The notes under the pieces: model-generated
The model's database searches: none
Seen by the model: only the letters and a program-made list of their open reading frames with translations
Told to the model about the DNA's origin: nothing
IMG/VR virus record: IMGVR_UViG_3300027627_000010
Span: 1-37,683 of that record
Length of the DNA: 37,683 bases
Reading direction: 5' to 3' (one strand)
DNA from: a virus
Taxonomy: Duplodnaviria > Caudoviricetes
Shown here: in pieces, positions 17,938-26,198 of the stretch
How the letters are laid out: every line of letters begins with the position of its first letter
Numbering within the stretch: position 1 is the first letter of the stretch
Position numbers and translations under genes: made by a program

Positions 17938-20900
17938 ATGCCTACGTTTATTGTTGAAGACCCCAAGGATGGTAGGCGGATTACCATTGAAGGCGACTCC
18001 GAGCCGTCAGAGGCGGAGCTTAATGATATATTCTCCTACGGACAGTCTGGCTCTACGCTAAATCGGATGGGCTACGAGGCTGCTGCTGGCATTGTTGGGA
18101 TTGGCGGTGCGCTCAGTAAGGTTGGCGAGAGAGTGTCTAGGGCAGTGCCGTTTGGTCTTGGTGCATCAATGGCAGAAGGGTATCGGCAGACGGCTGAAGA
18201 GCGCACGGAGTTGCAGAAAATCTACGGAGACTTGGCTGAAGAGACTGGCGGCAATAGGTACGCTGGTTTGCTTGCTGGAGCAGCCCCGAACATTTTAGGA
18301 GTCGCCACAGCGGGTGGATTGGGACTTGCAACTGGTGGGCCTGTAGGCGGATATAGGGCGATGGTAGGAGCGACTGGCTTATTGGGGTTTGGATCGAAGC
18401 TCACAGAGGCCGAGACAGCCTACGCAGAGAAATACAAAGCTGCCAATCCTAACGCCAGCGATGCGGAGGTTCGGGAATATGCCCGTTACTACGCCACAGC
18501 CCCAGCAGCAACCCAAGCCCTCGCTGAGATGGCTATTACCGCAGTGGCTCCGGGAGGCACGGAGAAGTTACAAAGTTTGCTCTTCAAGCCTGCCGTTGCA
18601 ACTACTGCTAAGACTGTTGCTAAGACTGGTATTAAAGGAGTCATGCAGAAGGGCGGCAGAGTCGCTAAGGAAATAATTGGGGAAATAGCGGAGGAAGAGA
18701 GTACCTTTTTAATTGACGAAGGTATTAAATGGAACACCTACGCAGAGGATAATAATCCATTTAAAACGCCGAGTGAAAAGGAAATCTCGGATTTAACCAA
18801 TCCCGACTTTGGCGGGTATCTGAATCGAGAGCAGGCTATCGAGAAGATTAAAGGAGACAAGTTTAGTCGCTTTATCTCTGGAGCGATTGACACTGCTGGG
18901 GTCGCAGCTTTTTACGGCGGTGCGGTTTCCGCTATCTACAATTACCAAAGTGATGCTGCTGCCGCATACAAGGCGCAGGCGCAGGGTAATGAAAAGCTTG
19001 CCGCTACCCTTGCTGAGAAGGCAGAAGCTAATGAGGATGCTAATATAGAAAAGCTTCTAAGCTCCGGCCAAGCTGTTTCTTTCATAGCTAATTTCGGTGT
19101 CAATGCAGAGGGATTGCCGGTTGCATCCCCCACATTCCGTTCTCTTGAAGAGTTAAAAGCATTTGAGGCAAAGGCTGGGATGCGCCACGTTCCGGGAAGT
19201 GCTAACCCACTCCTTGGTCTTCCTGCTCCGTTCCTAGATGCTCAGATGCTTGCTGCTGTAAACATTCTTGCAGACCCTGAAAGCAAAGCTACTCAAGCCA
19301 GACTAGACGCTGAAGAGTTCATCAAGTCACGCATCTTGCAGAGGGGAGCGGCAGAGCAGAAGGATCTGTTCGACACTATTAATGGAACAGTTGCCAAGCT
19401 TAACGAGGCTAGGATTCTCGAAGCTAAAGAAAAAGAAAAGGGAAAGCTATCGTCACCGTATATTGAAGGCAAGCACAAGAAGATGCAGGAGGAGGAGGGG
19501 CTTGATAAATGGAAGGCCGCTGAAGCTTCTTATCGGAAGAAGTTAGAAGCAGATGTTGCTACTGGAAAGCTGACTGATGCAAACCTAGCCGAACTGATGG
19601 CTGTACGCAGGGAGTTAAGCGCACAACAGCGGATGGAGATGCAGTTGAAAGAGGAAGGTGCTAGGACTGGGGCTGTGATGGACGAGCTTAGTGTTGCTGC
19701 TAAGAAGTTTGATGCACAGAAAATGCGGGATGCTCAAGATGCTTTAGTAAATCCAAGCCCTGAGTTAATAGCTACTAGGGCTAAGATTGATGCTCAAAGG
19801 GCGGCTGAATCTAAAGCTGGTCAAGACCTCCCAACTGTCCCGGCCACCCCCACCGCTCCCACGACCGCTGCTGCAACTCCCGCAATGCAGAATGTGGCAG
19901 ATGCTAAGAACACGTTAGAGCTTGAGAGCAGCTTGAAGGATGTCAAAGCTGAAAGCGTTGCGGAAACCTTGCTTGAGCAGAAGGCTCCAGATGCGATTGA
20001 TCCTGAGCGCGAGGCTCTCATACGGGCTTACCGAGCTAGAAAAGCTCTTGGTCAGCAGGCTAGTCGCAGTAAGACATCTCAGGGTATCATATTCCCAACC
20101 CTAACTCAGCCTTCTCAAACCACAACGCAGACACCCAGTCAGCCTGTGCAACCAGTTGCAGCCAGTGCAACAAGTGCAGTTAGTGCAGCCAGTGCAACGC
20201 CTACCGCTTCATCAGATGTATTAAATCAAACTCTCCTGCCCCAGCCCGGCGCACCTAAAGACAAACTGAGAGTGTGGTTTGCTAAGACGTTCGATTCGGC
20301 AAGGGGACTCGGCTCGCTCGCGCACTATGCTATTAAGAAAGGTGCTGCTTACGTCATCCAGCAGGGGGACATAGCTCAGAGGCTCAATTCGCAGATGCAA
20401 TCGGCTATCGTTAAGGATTTAGGCAAGTCAGAACTAGCATCCGGCTCTAACGCTCTGAATGCTTTGGACGCCGTTCTTCGAGGAACCGCCGACATATCGA
20501 CCCTACCTCAAGGCATGGCCGCTGTAGCGAAGAAGATGATTGCTCACCGTCTAGAGACTAGGAATCGATTACTGTCCTTGCCCGGAAACCTTGTAACTCC
20601 AGAGCTTCGTCAGTCCATCATCGACAATGATGACTATCTGAACAGGAGCTATGAGTTATTCAGCAATAACAAGTGGGTTAGCGAACTTGATTCAAATAAG
20701 AATATAGCTGAGTCGCTTGCAATCATCGTCAGGGATAAGATTGCTTCTTTCAAACGAGCTACCGGAAACACTATCACCCGCGATCAAGCCATCAACGAGA
20801 TTAAGGCTGAGATGACAAGCCTTCGCGGGGACGATGTGTCTGTTGGTTCCGGCATTAGACGGAGTAGTCCCGGAGTAACTCCCGGAGTGTCTAAGTTCAT

Positions 20901-22881
20901 TTTAGGAAAGCGGAAGGACTTGGCTGATGCTTACAGGGATGTTCTCGGTGAAGAGAAAGACCCAAGGGTTAACTACATCAACACGGTTATGAAGGTAGCG
21001 CAGCTCACCTCCCTTCATCAGACGTTGACCAGCGTCAGGGACATCGCTGCATCTCGCGGATTGATTTCTAAGAGTAGCGATATGGTCGAAGGCCACACTG
21101 TCACACTCTCTGCAAGTGATGTTGGGAAGGTGTTCGAGGGATACAGAACCTCCGTGGAATACGCGGCATTGTTGAAGGAGTTTGCGGGTGTGATGGATAA
21201 TCAGGGGCTTTTTAAGACCATCACGACCCGTTTGCGCCTTAATTTATCTAGATACGCAAAGCTTAACCAGACCGCTGGACAGCTTCAGTACACGATGATG
21301 CAGGTTCTTGGAAGCTCATATTCCATATTGCAGTCTGGTCGGATCAGCACGTTCCTTAAAATCCCCGGAGCAGCCAAGGTTCTCCTTAGAGGGCTTGCTG
21401 ACACGATGACGGAAGCTGACTACGCTAGATACAGTCGGCTGTTGGCTCTAAATGTCATAGAAGACACACCGCTCGACGTTCAGCGGGACATACTTGGCAG
21501 GGTGGTTAATGGCGACTCTTTAGGACTCAGCGAGTTAATGCCCAAGCTCGGAGCAGCAAAAGAAAAGGTGATGAGCTTCTTCAAGTTGGTCGATAACGCG
21601 ACAAAGATGGCTGCTTTTGAAACAGAATTGCAGACGCTTAGAGAGCAGTTTCCTGACTCAAGCCCCGTTGAATTGGAAACGGCGGCTTCGATCCGTACAT
21701 CGGACAAGTTCCCGTCTTACTCCAACATCCCAGCGTACATAAGAAACATAACCGAGAAGACTCCATTCGCTCCGTTCTTAAACTTCTTCTACCTATCCAA
21801 TCACACATTCGTTCAAAGCATACGCTACGGTATGCTTGATTTGAAGAACCCGAAGATGAGAATCAACGGGTTGAAGACTCTTGCTGGAACTGCTGGAGCG
21901 TTAATGGCTATGGATGTCATTAAATCCACTCTCGAATCCGCGCTGGGCGATGAGATTACTGACGATGAAGAGAAGGTTTATCGGTCTGGGAAGCAATGGT
22001 ACGAGCGGCAAGACGACTTCTTGTTCTACAAGAAGAACGGAGAGGTTGTTGGAATCAACATGACGTATGCGAATCCGATGTCGCACTTTCGTAAGGTTGC
22101 CAAAAGCATTATGGCATCCGCAGAAAATGACGATGGGATTGTTGAGGCCGGCATTATGGCGAGCAAACATCTGCTGGCTCCATTGATGTCTATGGACATT
22201 TTCATATCGTCATTCCTTAATGCTGTTCGGGGATCTGACGAGAACGGTAAAGCCGTGTGGCTGAAGTCCGATGAAAGTGCTGACAAGATTCAAAAGGGGA
22301 TAAAGCACATTGCCTCCAAGGTTCTGATTCCGTCTTCGATTAAGCGAGGCTTTGAAAAGATGATTCCAGCCTCTCAAGGCGAAGGCAAGGAGAGGGATTA
22401 CGCGTCATCTTTTGAGGAGCAAGTCTTCAGAGAGTTAACATCGCTTAAAGTTGAGCGGTTAAATCCCAAGGTTGCATTGGCTAATCAACTGAGAACATTT
22501 AGCGGAGCATCATCAGAGATTGAACAGAACTATTTCAGCAAGTTCCTAAAGGAAGGTCAGTTCTATTCTGAGAAAGACTTGCTAGATAAGTATCGAGATA
22601 TGGAGACTCGCCGCAAAGCTCTATTCCAAAAAGGTGGCAAGCTTGTGGGGACTTACGTTAAGAGCGGACTACTTGAAGGGGTTGATCCTCGCATCATCGC
22701 TAAAGACACGTCCGCGTCCCGGCTTGATATGCAGATTCTAACTGGTAACATGAACTACAAGCCGTTCGTATTGGGAGTGGACGCTAGGAAAGACTTGTTT
22801 AAGATGAACCTTCAGCGTAAAGAAAAAGGTCTTCGTCCGATTGTAGTTCCCAACGCGGCGTTGACACATGCAGACGACTGA
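17938..22881 (+). CDS. Large internal virion / ejection protein
   Basis: 1647 aa; Gly/Ala amphipathic N-terminal region, Pro/Thr linkers and helical C-terminal region; last large gene of the podoviral structural block. Confidence 0.75.
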   Translation: MPTFIVEDPKDGRRITIEGDSEPSEAELNDIFSYGQSGSTLNRMGYEAAAGIVGIGGALSKVGERVSRAVPFGLGASMAEGYRQTAEERTELQKIYGDLAEETGGNRYAGLLAGAAPNILGVATAGGLGLATGGPVGGYRAMVGATGLLGFGSKLTEAETAYAEKYKAANPNASDAEVREYARYYATAPAATQALAEMAITAVAPGGTEKLQSLLFKPAVATTAKTVAKTGIKGVMQKGGRVAKEIIGEIAEEESTFLIDEGIKWNTYAEDNNPFKTPSEKEISDLTNPDFGGYLNREQAIEKIKGDKFSRFISGAIDTAGVAAFYGGAVSAIYNYQSDAAAAYKAQAQGNEKLAATLAEKAEANEDANIEKLLSSGQAVSFIANFGVNAEGLPVASPTFRSLEELKAFEAKAGMRHVPGSANPLLGLPAPFLDAQMLAAVNILADPESKATQARLDAEEFIKSRILQRGAAEQKDLFDTINGTVAKLNEARILEAKEKEKGKLSSPYIEGKHKKMQEEEGLDKWKAAEASYRKKLEADVATGKLTDANLAELMAVRRELSAQQRMEMQLKEEGARTGAVMDELSVAAKKFDAQKMRDAQDALVNPSPELIATRAKIDAQRAAESKAGQDLPTVPATPTAPTTAAATPAMQNVADAKNTLELESSLKDVKAESVAETLLEQKAPDAIDPEREALIRAYRARKALGQQASRSKTSQGIIFPTLTQPSQTTTQTPSQPVQPVAASATSAVSAASATPTASSDVLNQTLLPQPGAPKDKLRVWFAKTFDSARGLGSLAHYAIKKGAAYVIQQGDIAQRLNSQMQSAIVKDLGKSELASGSNALNALDAVLRGTADISTLPQGMAAVAKKMIAHRLETRNRLLSLPGNLVTPELRQSIIDNDDYLNRSYELFSNNKWVSELDSNKNIAESLAIIVRDKIASFKRATGNTITRDQAINEIKAEMTSLRGDDVSVGSGIRRSSPGVTPGVSKFILGKRKDLADAYRDVLGEEKDPRVNYINTVMKVAQLTSLHQTLTSVRDIAASRGLISKSSDMVEGHTVTLSASDVGKVFEGYRTSVEYAALLKEFAGVMDNQGLFKTITTRLRLNLSRYAKLNQTAGQLQYTMMQVLGSSYSILQSGRISTFLKIPGAAKVLLRGLADTMTEADYARYSRLLALNVIEDTPLDVQRDILGRVVNGDSLGLSELMPKLGAAKEKVMSFFKLVDNATKMAAFETELQTLREQFPDSSPVELETAASIRTSDKFPSYSNIPAYIRNITEKTPFAPFLNFFYLSNHTFVQSIRYGMLDLKNPKMRINGLKTLAGTAGALMAMDVIKSTLESALGDEITDDEEKVYRSGKQWYERQDDFLFYKKNGEVVGINMTYANPMSHFRKVAKSIMASAENDDGIVEAGIMASKHLLAPLMSMDIFISSFLNAVRGSDENGKAVWLKSDESADKIQKGIKHIASKVLIPSSIKRGFEKMIPASQGEGKERDYASSFEEQVFRELTSLKVERLNPKVALANQLRTFSGASSEIEQNYFSKFLKEGQFYSEKDLLDKYRDMETRRKALFQKGGKLVGTYVKSGLLEGVDPRIIAKDTSASRLDMQILTGNMNYKPFVLGVDARKDLFKMNLQRKEKGLRPIVVPNAALTHADD

Positions 22882-22928
22882 TTCCGATTGACAATCGCCC
22901 CCAATAACTGATACTCATTGCCCTCGCA

Positions 22929-23696
22929 ATGGCTACTTGGAAAAAGTTTGTCGCTGTTGGAGACTCCCACGGAGATTTGGTGTGCAAGTCTGCGCTTGAC
23001 GCTGCCGTCAAGTTTGTGGCTCACTACAAGCCTTCCCTATTCGTTCACCTCGGAGACGCCTTCGACTTCCGCGCTCTTCGTCAAGGCATCAAGGCTACTG
23101 AGTCGGATGCCTTTGAAGATTTAGAAGCTGACACGCTTGCTGGCTACCAATCTCTTGAGAAGTTATTTAACGCAGCGGGAAGTGCGGAGAAGGTGTACAT
23201 GTTGGGCAATCATGAACATCGTCTGTGCCGCACTGCTGAGTCACACCCTCACGGTATTATCCGACAGGCGGCTAGGGATGGCGTTGAAAAGATGGAGAGC
23301 TTCTGTGGTCGCCATAAAGCAAAACTGCTCCCGTACCACATCGAGAAGGGCGTCTTCCGCAGCGGCAAAGTCACCTTCGTCCACGGCTTTTCGGCGAACA
23401 ACTTGAGCGTGAAACAACACGCAGAGCATTACGCTACCAACGGTGGCGTCTGCATTATGGGCCATCTTCATCGTCTTGAGAGAGCCGCTGCCAACAAACA
23501 GGGAGGAGCCGAGGGCTACTCCGCAGGTTGTCTTGCGAACATAGACGCCATGACATACGCATCACACCGCCTAGCGACTTCTAGGTGGTCTAACGGCTGG
23601 CTCTTTGGAGCAATCAGTTCTGATGGGCAACAGATATGGGAAGCAAAACAAATCGGAAACAAGTGGCTGCTGCCGACAGGTGTGGAAGAGATGTGA
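22929..23696 (+). CDS. Calcineurin-like metallophosphoesterase
   Basis: GDSH, LGDAFD, GNHE, VHG and GHLH motifs in canonical order. Confidence 0.9.
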   Translation: MATWKKFVAVGDSHGDLVCKSALDAAVKFVAHYKPSLFVHLGDAFDFRALRQGIKATESDAFEDLEADTLAGYQSLEKLFNAAGSAEKVYMLGNHEHRLCRTAESHPHGIIRQAARDGVEKMESFCGRHKAKLLPYHIEKGVFRSGKVTFVHGFSANNLSVKQHAEHYATNGGVCIMGHLHRLERAAANKQGGAEGYSAGCLANIDAMTYASHRLATSRWSNGWLFGAISSDGQQIWEAKQIGNKWLLPTGVEEM

Positions 23697-23956
23697 AGGA
23701 AGCCGCTGCTTGGGCTGCGTTCTACAGGGACGTGGCTTTAGAGAAGTATGAGGCTGCGCCTAAGGGATGGAAGACCTGCTCTGAGATAGCTGTGATACTT
23801 GGTATGTCAAAGGGTGGATTAAGCAACACGATGAAGGTTAAGGAGAGGGAAGGGAAGTTGAAGGGGAAGGTGCGACTTTACAAGATTAAGATTGGAGCAT
23901 TCATTAGGAACGTGAAGCACTACTACTGTGAGGAAGCGGCGAACCAAAAAGATTAA
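23693..23956 (+). CDS. Small basic HTH-like protein
   Basis: GTG start overlapping the upstream stop; PKGWKTCSEIAVILGMS..GLSNTMK pattern. Confidence 0.6.
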   Translation: MKEAAAWAAFYRDVALEKYEAAPKGWKTCSEIAVILGMSKGGLSNTMKVKEREGKLKGKVRLYKIKIGAFIRNVKHYYCEEAANQKD

Positions 23957-24197
23957 GGTACGATTCCGCAAGCTCGGAAGAGAACGCGCTATGGGTCAGG
24001 CGTGGGCGGATGGGGTGGTCGAGATTGACCCGAGGCAAGGACAGAAGGCGATACTCAACACCCTCATCCACGAACTGCTTCACATCTGTGAACCGGAGTG
24101 GACTGAGAGTCACGTCAACCGAGTGGCTAACACATTAGCAGGCTACATCTGGCTCGCTAGGTTCAGACGTATCGAGACAGGGTTCAAGCGGAAGTAG
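23928..24197 (+). CDS. Small zincin-like (HExxH) metallopeptidase
   Basis: AMGQAW.DGVVEIDPR...NTLIHELLH...WTESHV motif. Confidence 0.72.
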   Translation: MRKRRTKKIKVRFRKLGRERAMGQAWADGVVEIDPRQGQKAILNTLIHELLHICEPEWTESHVNRVANTLAGYIWLARFRRIETGFKRK

Positions 24198-24387
24198 GCT
24201 TCTTTACCCGCCACTTCGCCATCCTCTTAGCCGCCTCCTCGTCACACTGTCTAGCTAGCTTAGGAGCGTCACGCCTTAAGGCAATGGCGCAAGACTCTAG
24301 CTCAGACGAAGAGGCGGACGGGTCATGCAACATCTTGACCGCGCACAACTGCCAAGTCTTGAGGATGACTTTGTCTGCTTGGTTCAT
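24184..24387 (-). CDS. Hypothetical protein
   Basis: 67-aa ORF, last gene of the minus-strand block. Confidence 0.6.
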   Translation of the reverse strand: MNQADKVILKTWQLCAVKMLHDPSASSSELESCAIALRRDAPKLARQCDEEAAKRMAKWRVKKPTSA

Positions 24388-24416
24388 ACCACTTCAAGTG
24401 ACAGTTCCATAGCGGA

Positions 24417-25052
24417 CTAGCGCAGGGTGTATTCCCACCGCACCTTTGCAGCGAGGCTCTGCGCGTTGTTTCGTTTGCGAGTGCCGGTTGTCCAGTCCAT
24501 GCCCTTGTTGCAGGCGACGGCTTTCCATCCGCTCGCCTTGTAGATTGTCCCCTTGTGGGCTTCAGTGTCCTGATAGGACAGAAGCACAGTGATGTGCGGC
24601 ATTTGTTTCGCTACCATTAGCCGCATTATTTTCATCATCCGGCTTGCCGTGTTGTCCGGCGCGTCCTCAGCGATTGCCATGCGGCGAAGCTCAAGCGCAG
24701 TGCTTCCATTCTTTAGACGGTTTGCCGCAACTGGCGACGACCAGATTGCGACAGCGTAGTAGAGGTTGTTGCACTCTGCCGTGAAGCACGCATAGTCTTT
24801 ATTCCGCACCACGTTTGACCATTCGATGCGCGGGAATCGGCTGTGCCACATTCCGTTGAGCTTGCATGCCAGATGGACGTTGCACTTGCTGATTTTGAGT
24901 TGGAGCGCAGAGGTCGGAGTCGAACCGCCGTATTCCGCTTGGAAAAGCGGACATGCTACCCTTGCATCATCTGCGCGTAAATTTTCTACCATTCCTAACA
25001 TAACACTAGAGCTTCCAGCCGTCTCGCACGTCGTTGGTAATTCGGTAGTCAT
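24417..25052 (-). CDS. mom: Mom-like GNAT-fold DNA adenine-modification enzyme
   Basis: WHS, AIWSSPVA, LELRRMAI...P.N.ASRM and LLSYQD...H.GTIYKASGW motifs of Mom-like proteins. The ATG at 25052 overlaps the stop of the upstream RusA frame (ATGA). Confidence 0.8.
   Translation of the reverse strand: MTTELPTTCETAGSSSVMLGMVENLRADDARVACPLFQAEYGGSTPTSALQLKISKCNVHLACKLNGMWHSRFPRIEWSNVVRNKDYACFTAECNNLYYAVAIWSSPVAANRLKNGSTALELRRMAIAEDAPDNTASRMMKIMRLMVAKQMPHITVLLSYQDTEAHKGTIYKASGWKAVACNKGMDWTTGTRKRNNAQSLAAKVRWEYTLR
24901..24976 (-). tRNA. tRNA-Gly(UCC)-like element, non-canonical, embedded in the Mom-like CDS
   Basis: GCGCAGA-TG-ATGC-AAGGGTA-GCAT-G-TCCGC-TTTTCCAA-GCGGA-ATAC-GGCGG-TTCGACT-CCGACC-TCTGCGC-T-CCA. 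It has a perfect 7-bp acceptor stem, U8/A14, D-loop GG, a TTCGA loop, U73 and encoded CCA, plus an 8-nt anticodon loop and one bulged A in the T-stem. Confidence 0.85.
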
Positions 25053-25423
25053 ACCACTTCTATTTCTGTGCGCTCTTCTTTGCGCGTGGCGACTTGGACT
25101 TGACGCTCGGTGATAACGATGTGTTTGGTAGTGTCGTCTTCGATGACTCCATTGTATCGGAGTCCGTCGATGTGGTACTTGATGCAGAGGTTGTCTTGGT
25201 CGAGGAGCCGGACGCGATAGCTAGTGACTGTGACACGGCGGCGTGTATCTCGTCCCTCAACTTCTTCCTCTGCCAATGCCCCATCGAGAACAGTCGGTTG
25301 AGGCTTGGGATCGGTGGGCCGTAAACTACTAGCTTCGTGGGTTTGGAATCCGCGCCAGTATGCTCGAACTGCTTTGGCTTGTCTTTCTTCATACGCTGTC
25401 AGCCATTCCTTTGTGTAGTTCAT
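25049..25423 (-). CDS. rusA: RusA-like Holliday junction resolvase, catalytic C-terminal half (frame A)
   Basis: VTVTSYRVRLLDQDNLCIKYHIDGLRYNGVIEDD matches the RusA D.DN..K...D.L...g.i.DD motif; the N-terminal part of this frame is not RusA-like. Confidence 0.8.
   Translation of the reverse strand: MNYTKEWLTAYEERQAKAVRAYWRGFQTHEASSLRPTDPKPQPTVLDGALAEEEVEGRDTRRRVTVTSYRVRLLDQDNLCIKYHIDGLRYNGVIEDDTTKHIVITERQVQVATRKEERTEIEVV
25060..25392 (-). CDS. Overlapping ORF encoding a RusA-like N-terminal half (frame B)
   Basis: LVVYGPPIPSLNRLFSMGHWQRKKLRDEIHAAV matches the RusA strand-P-S-x-N-helix segment; ATG 25392 is ATGA-coupled to the upstream gene. Confidence 0.62.
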   Translation of the reverse strand: MKKDKPKQFEHTGADSKPTKLVVYGPPIPSLNRLFSMGHWQRKKLRDEIHAAVSQSLAIASGSSTKTTSASSTTSTDSDTMESSKTTLPNTSLSPSVKSKSPRAKKSAQK

Positions 25424-25763
25424 GATATCCCTTGAGTCCGATTTCGTTGGCGATAAGTGTGAACCGAGAATGGAACGCTCTGTTGCCAGTCCTCAAGTCA
25501 TCTCTTACACAGTTAATCCCGTGGAATATTGAGCCGTGAGTGTATCCGGTCAACCTTCCAATTTGAGACAGCCCCATGTTGTGAACCCTCTGAAGGATGT
25601 GCCAGTAGCAGAACCTTGCAGACGCCATAGGCTCAAGCCTTCTTCGAGAGAAGAACTCTTCTTTGGTGATGTGGAATGCGCTGCACACGGCGAGGATGAC
25701 ACTTTCAAACTCCTTGTTCCGTTCGAGTATTAGCGCGTGTTTCTTGTGTGAGTTGGTTTTCAT
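25389..25763 (-). CDS. DnaA C-terminal (domain IV)-like HTH protein
   Basis: I...VC..F.IT.EE..S.RR......AR...........L..IG...G..H.SI.HG pattern. Confidence 0.8.
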   Translation of the reverse strand: MKTNSHKKHALILERNKEFESVILAVCSAFHITKEEFFSRRRLEPMASARFCYWHILQRVHNMGLSQIGRLTGYTHGSIFHGINCVRDDLRTGNRAFHSRFTLIANEIGLKGYHELHKGMADSV

Positions 25764-25772
25764 TTTGCAGTT

Positions 25773-25802
25773 GGGAGCCAGCGGGATTACCCGCCAGCCC
25801 CC
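25773..25802 (-). other. Intergenic 13-bp stem-loop
   Basis: GGGGGCTGGCGGG-TAAT-CCCGCTGGCTCCC on the minus strand, with three G-U pairs; no U-tract. Confidence 0.55.
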
Positions 25803-25808
25803 AGTTGA

Positions 25809-26162
25809 TCAGAACGGGATTTCCTCTCCTTCATACTTCTTGCCGCCAAGCTCCTTCATCAGAGTGATAGCACCAAGCTCTTTCATCAGTGAACCAACAG
25901 TGGCTTCGGGTGTCACCGCCTTCCCGCTCCCCTCACGCGGAGGCAGTGGTTCGCTTAAGCTAAGGCTTAGATACTGCGTGTTGCCTTTGCTCGTCTTGTT
26001 CCAAGCGGCAATGCGCCACTTCTTACCGTTGATGGTCACGTCCCCGGTCATGTCGGGGGCAGTGTCCTTTGACTTGTTGCGGTTGATGAAGAGTGAGCCG
26101 GTCATATCCTTCTGGACATACTCGCGCTTACCTTCGGGATGGTTGTGTTCGATTTGGGGCAT
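25809..26162 (-). CDS. Putative single-stranded DNA-binding protein (DUF736-like)
   Basis: GSLF.N..K....PD.TG...I.G....IAAW........YLSL pattern and an SSB-like acidic tail EGEEIPF. Confidence 0.7.
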   Translation of the reverse strand: MPQIEHNHPEGKREYVQKDMTGSLFINRNKSKDTAPDMTGDVTINGKKWRIAAWNKTSKGNTQYLSLSLSEPLPPREGSGKAVTPEATVGSLMKELGAITLMKELGGKKYEGEEIPF

Positions 26163-26198
26163 ACTATTTGTGTGTTTGTTGTTTTTGTTTGGTTTCTA

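Noticed and set aside
24901-24976. tRNA as an attP remnant or an ordinary translational tRNA
   Set aside because: It is full length rather than a 3' fragment, no integrase is visible, it lies inside a coupled ORF, and it has a non-canonical loop and T-stem.
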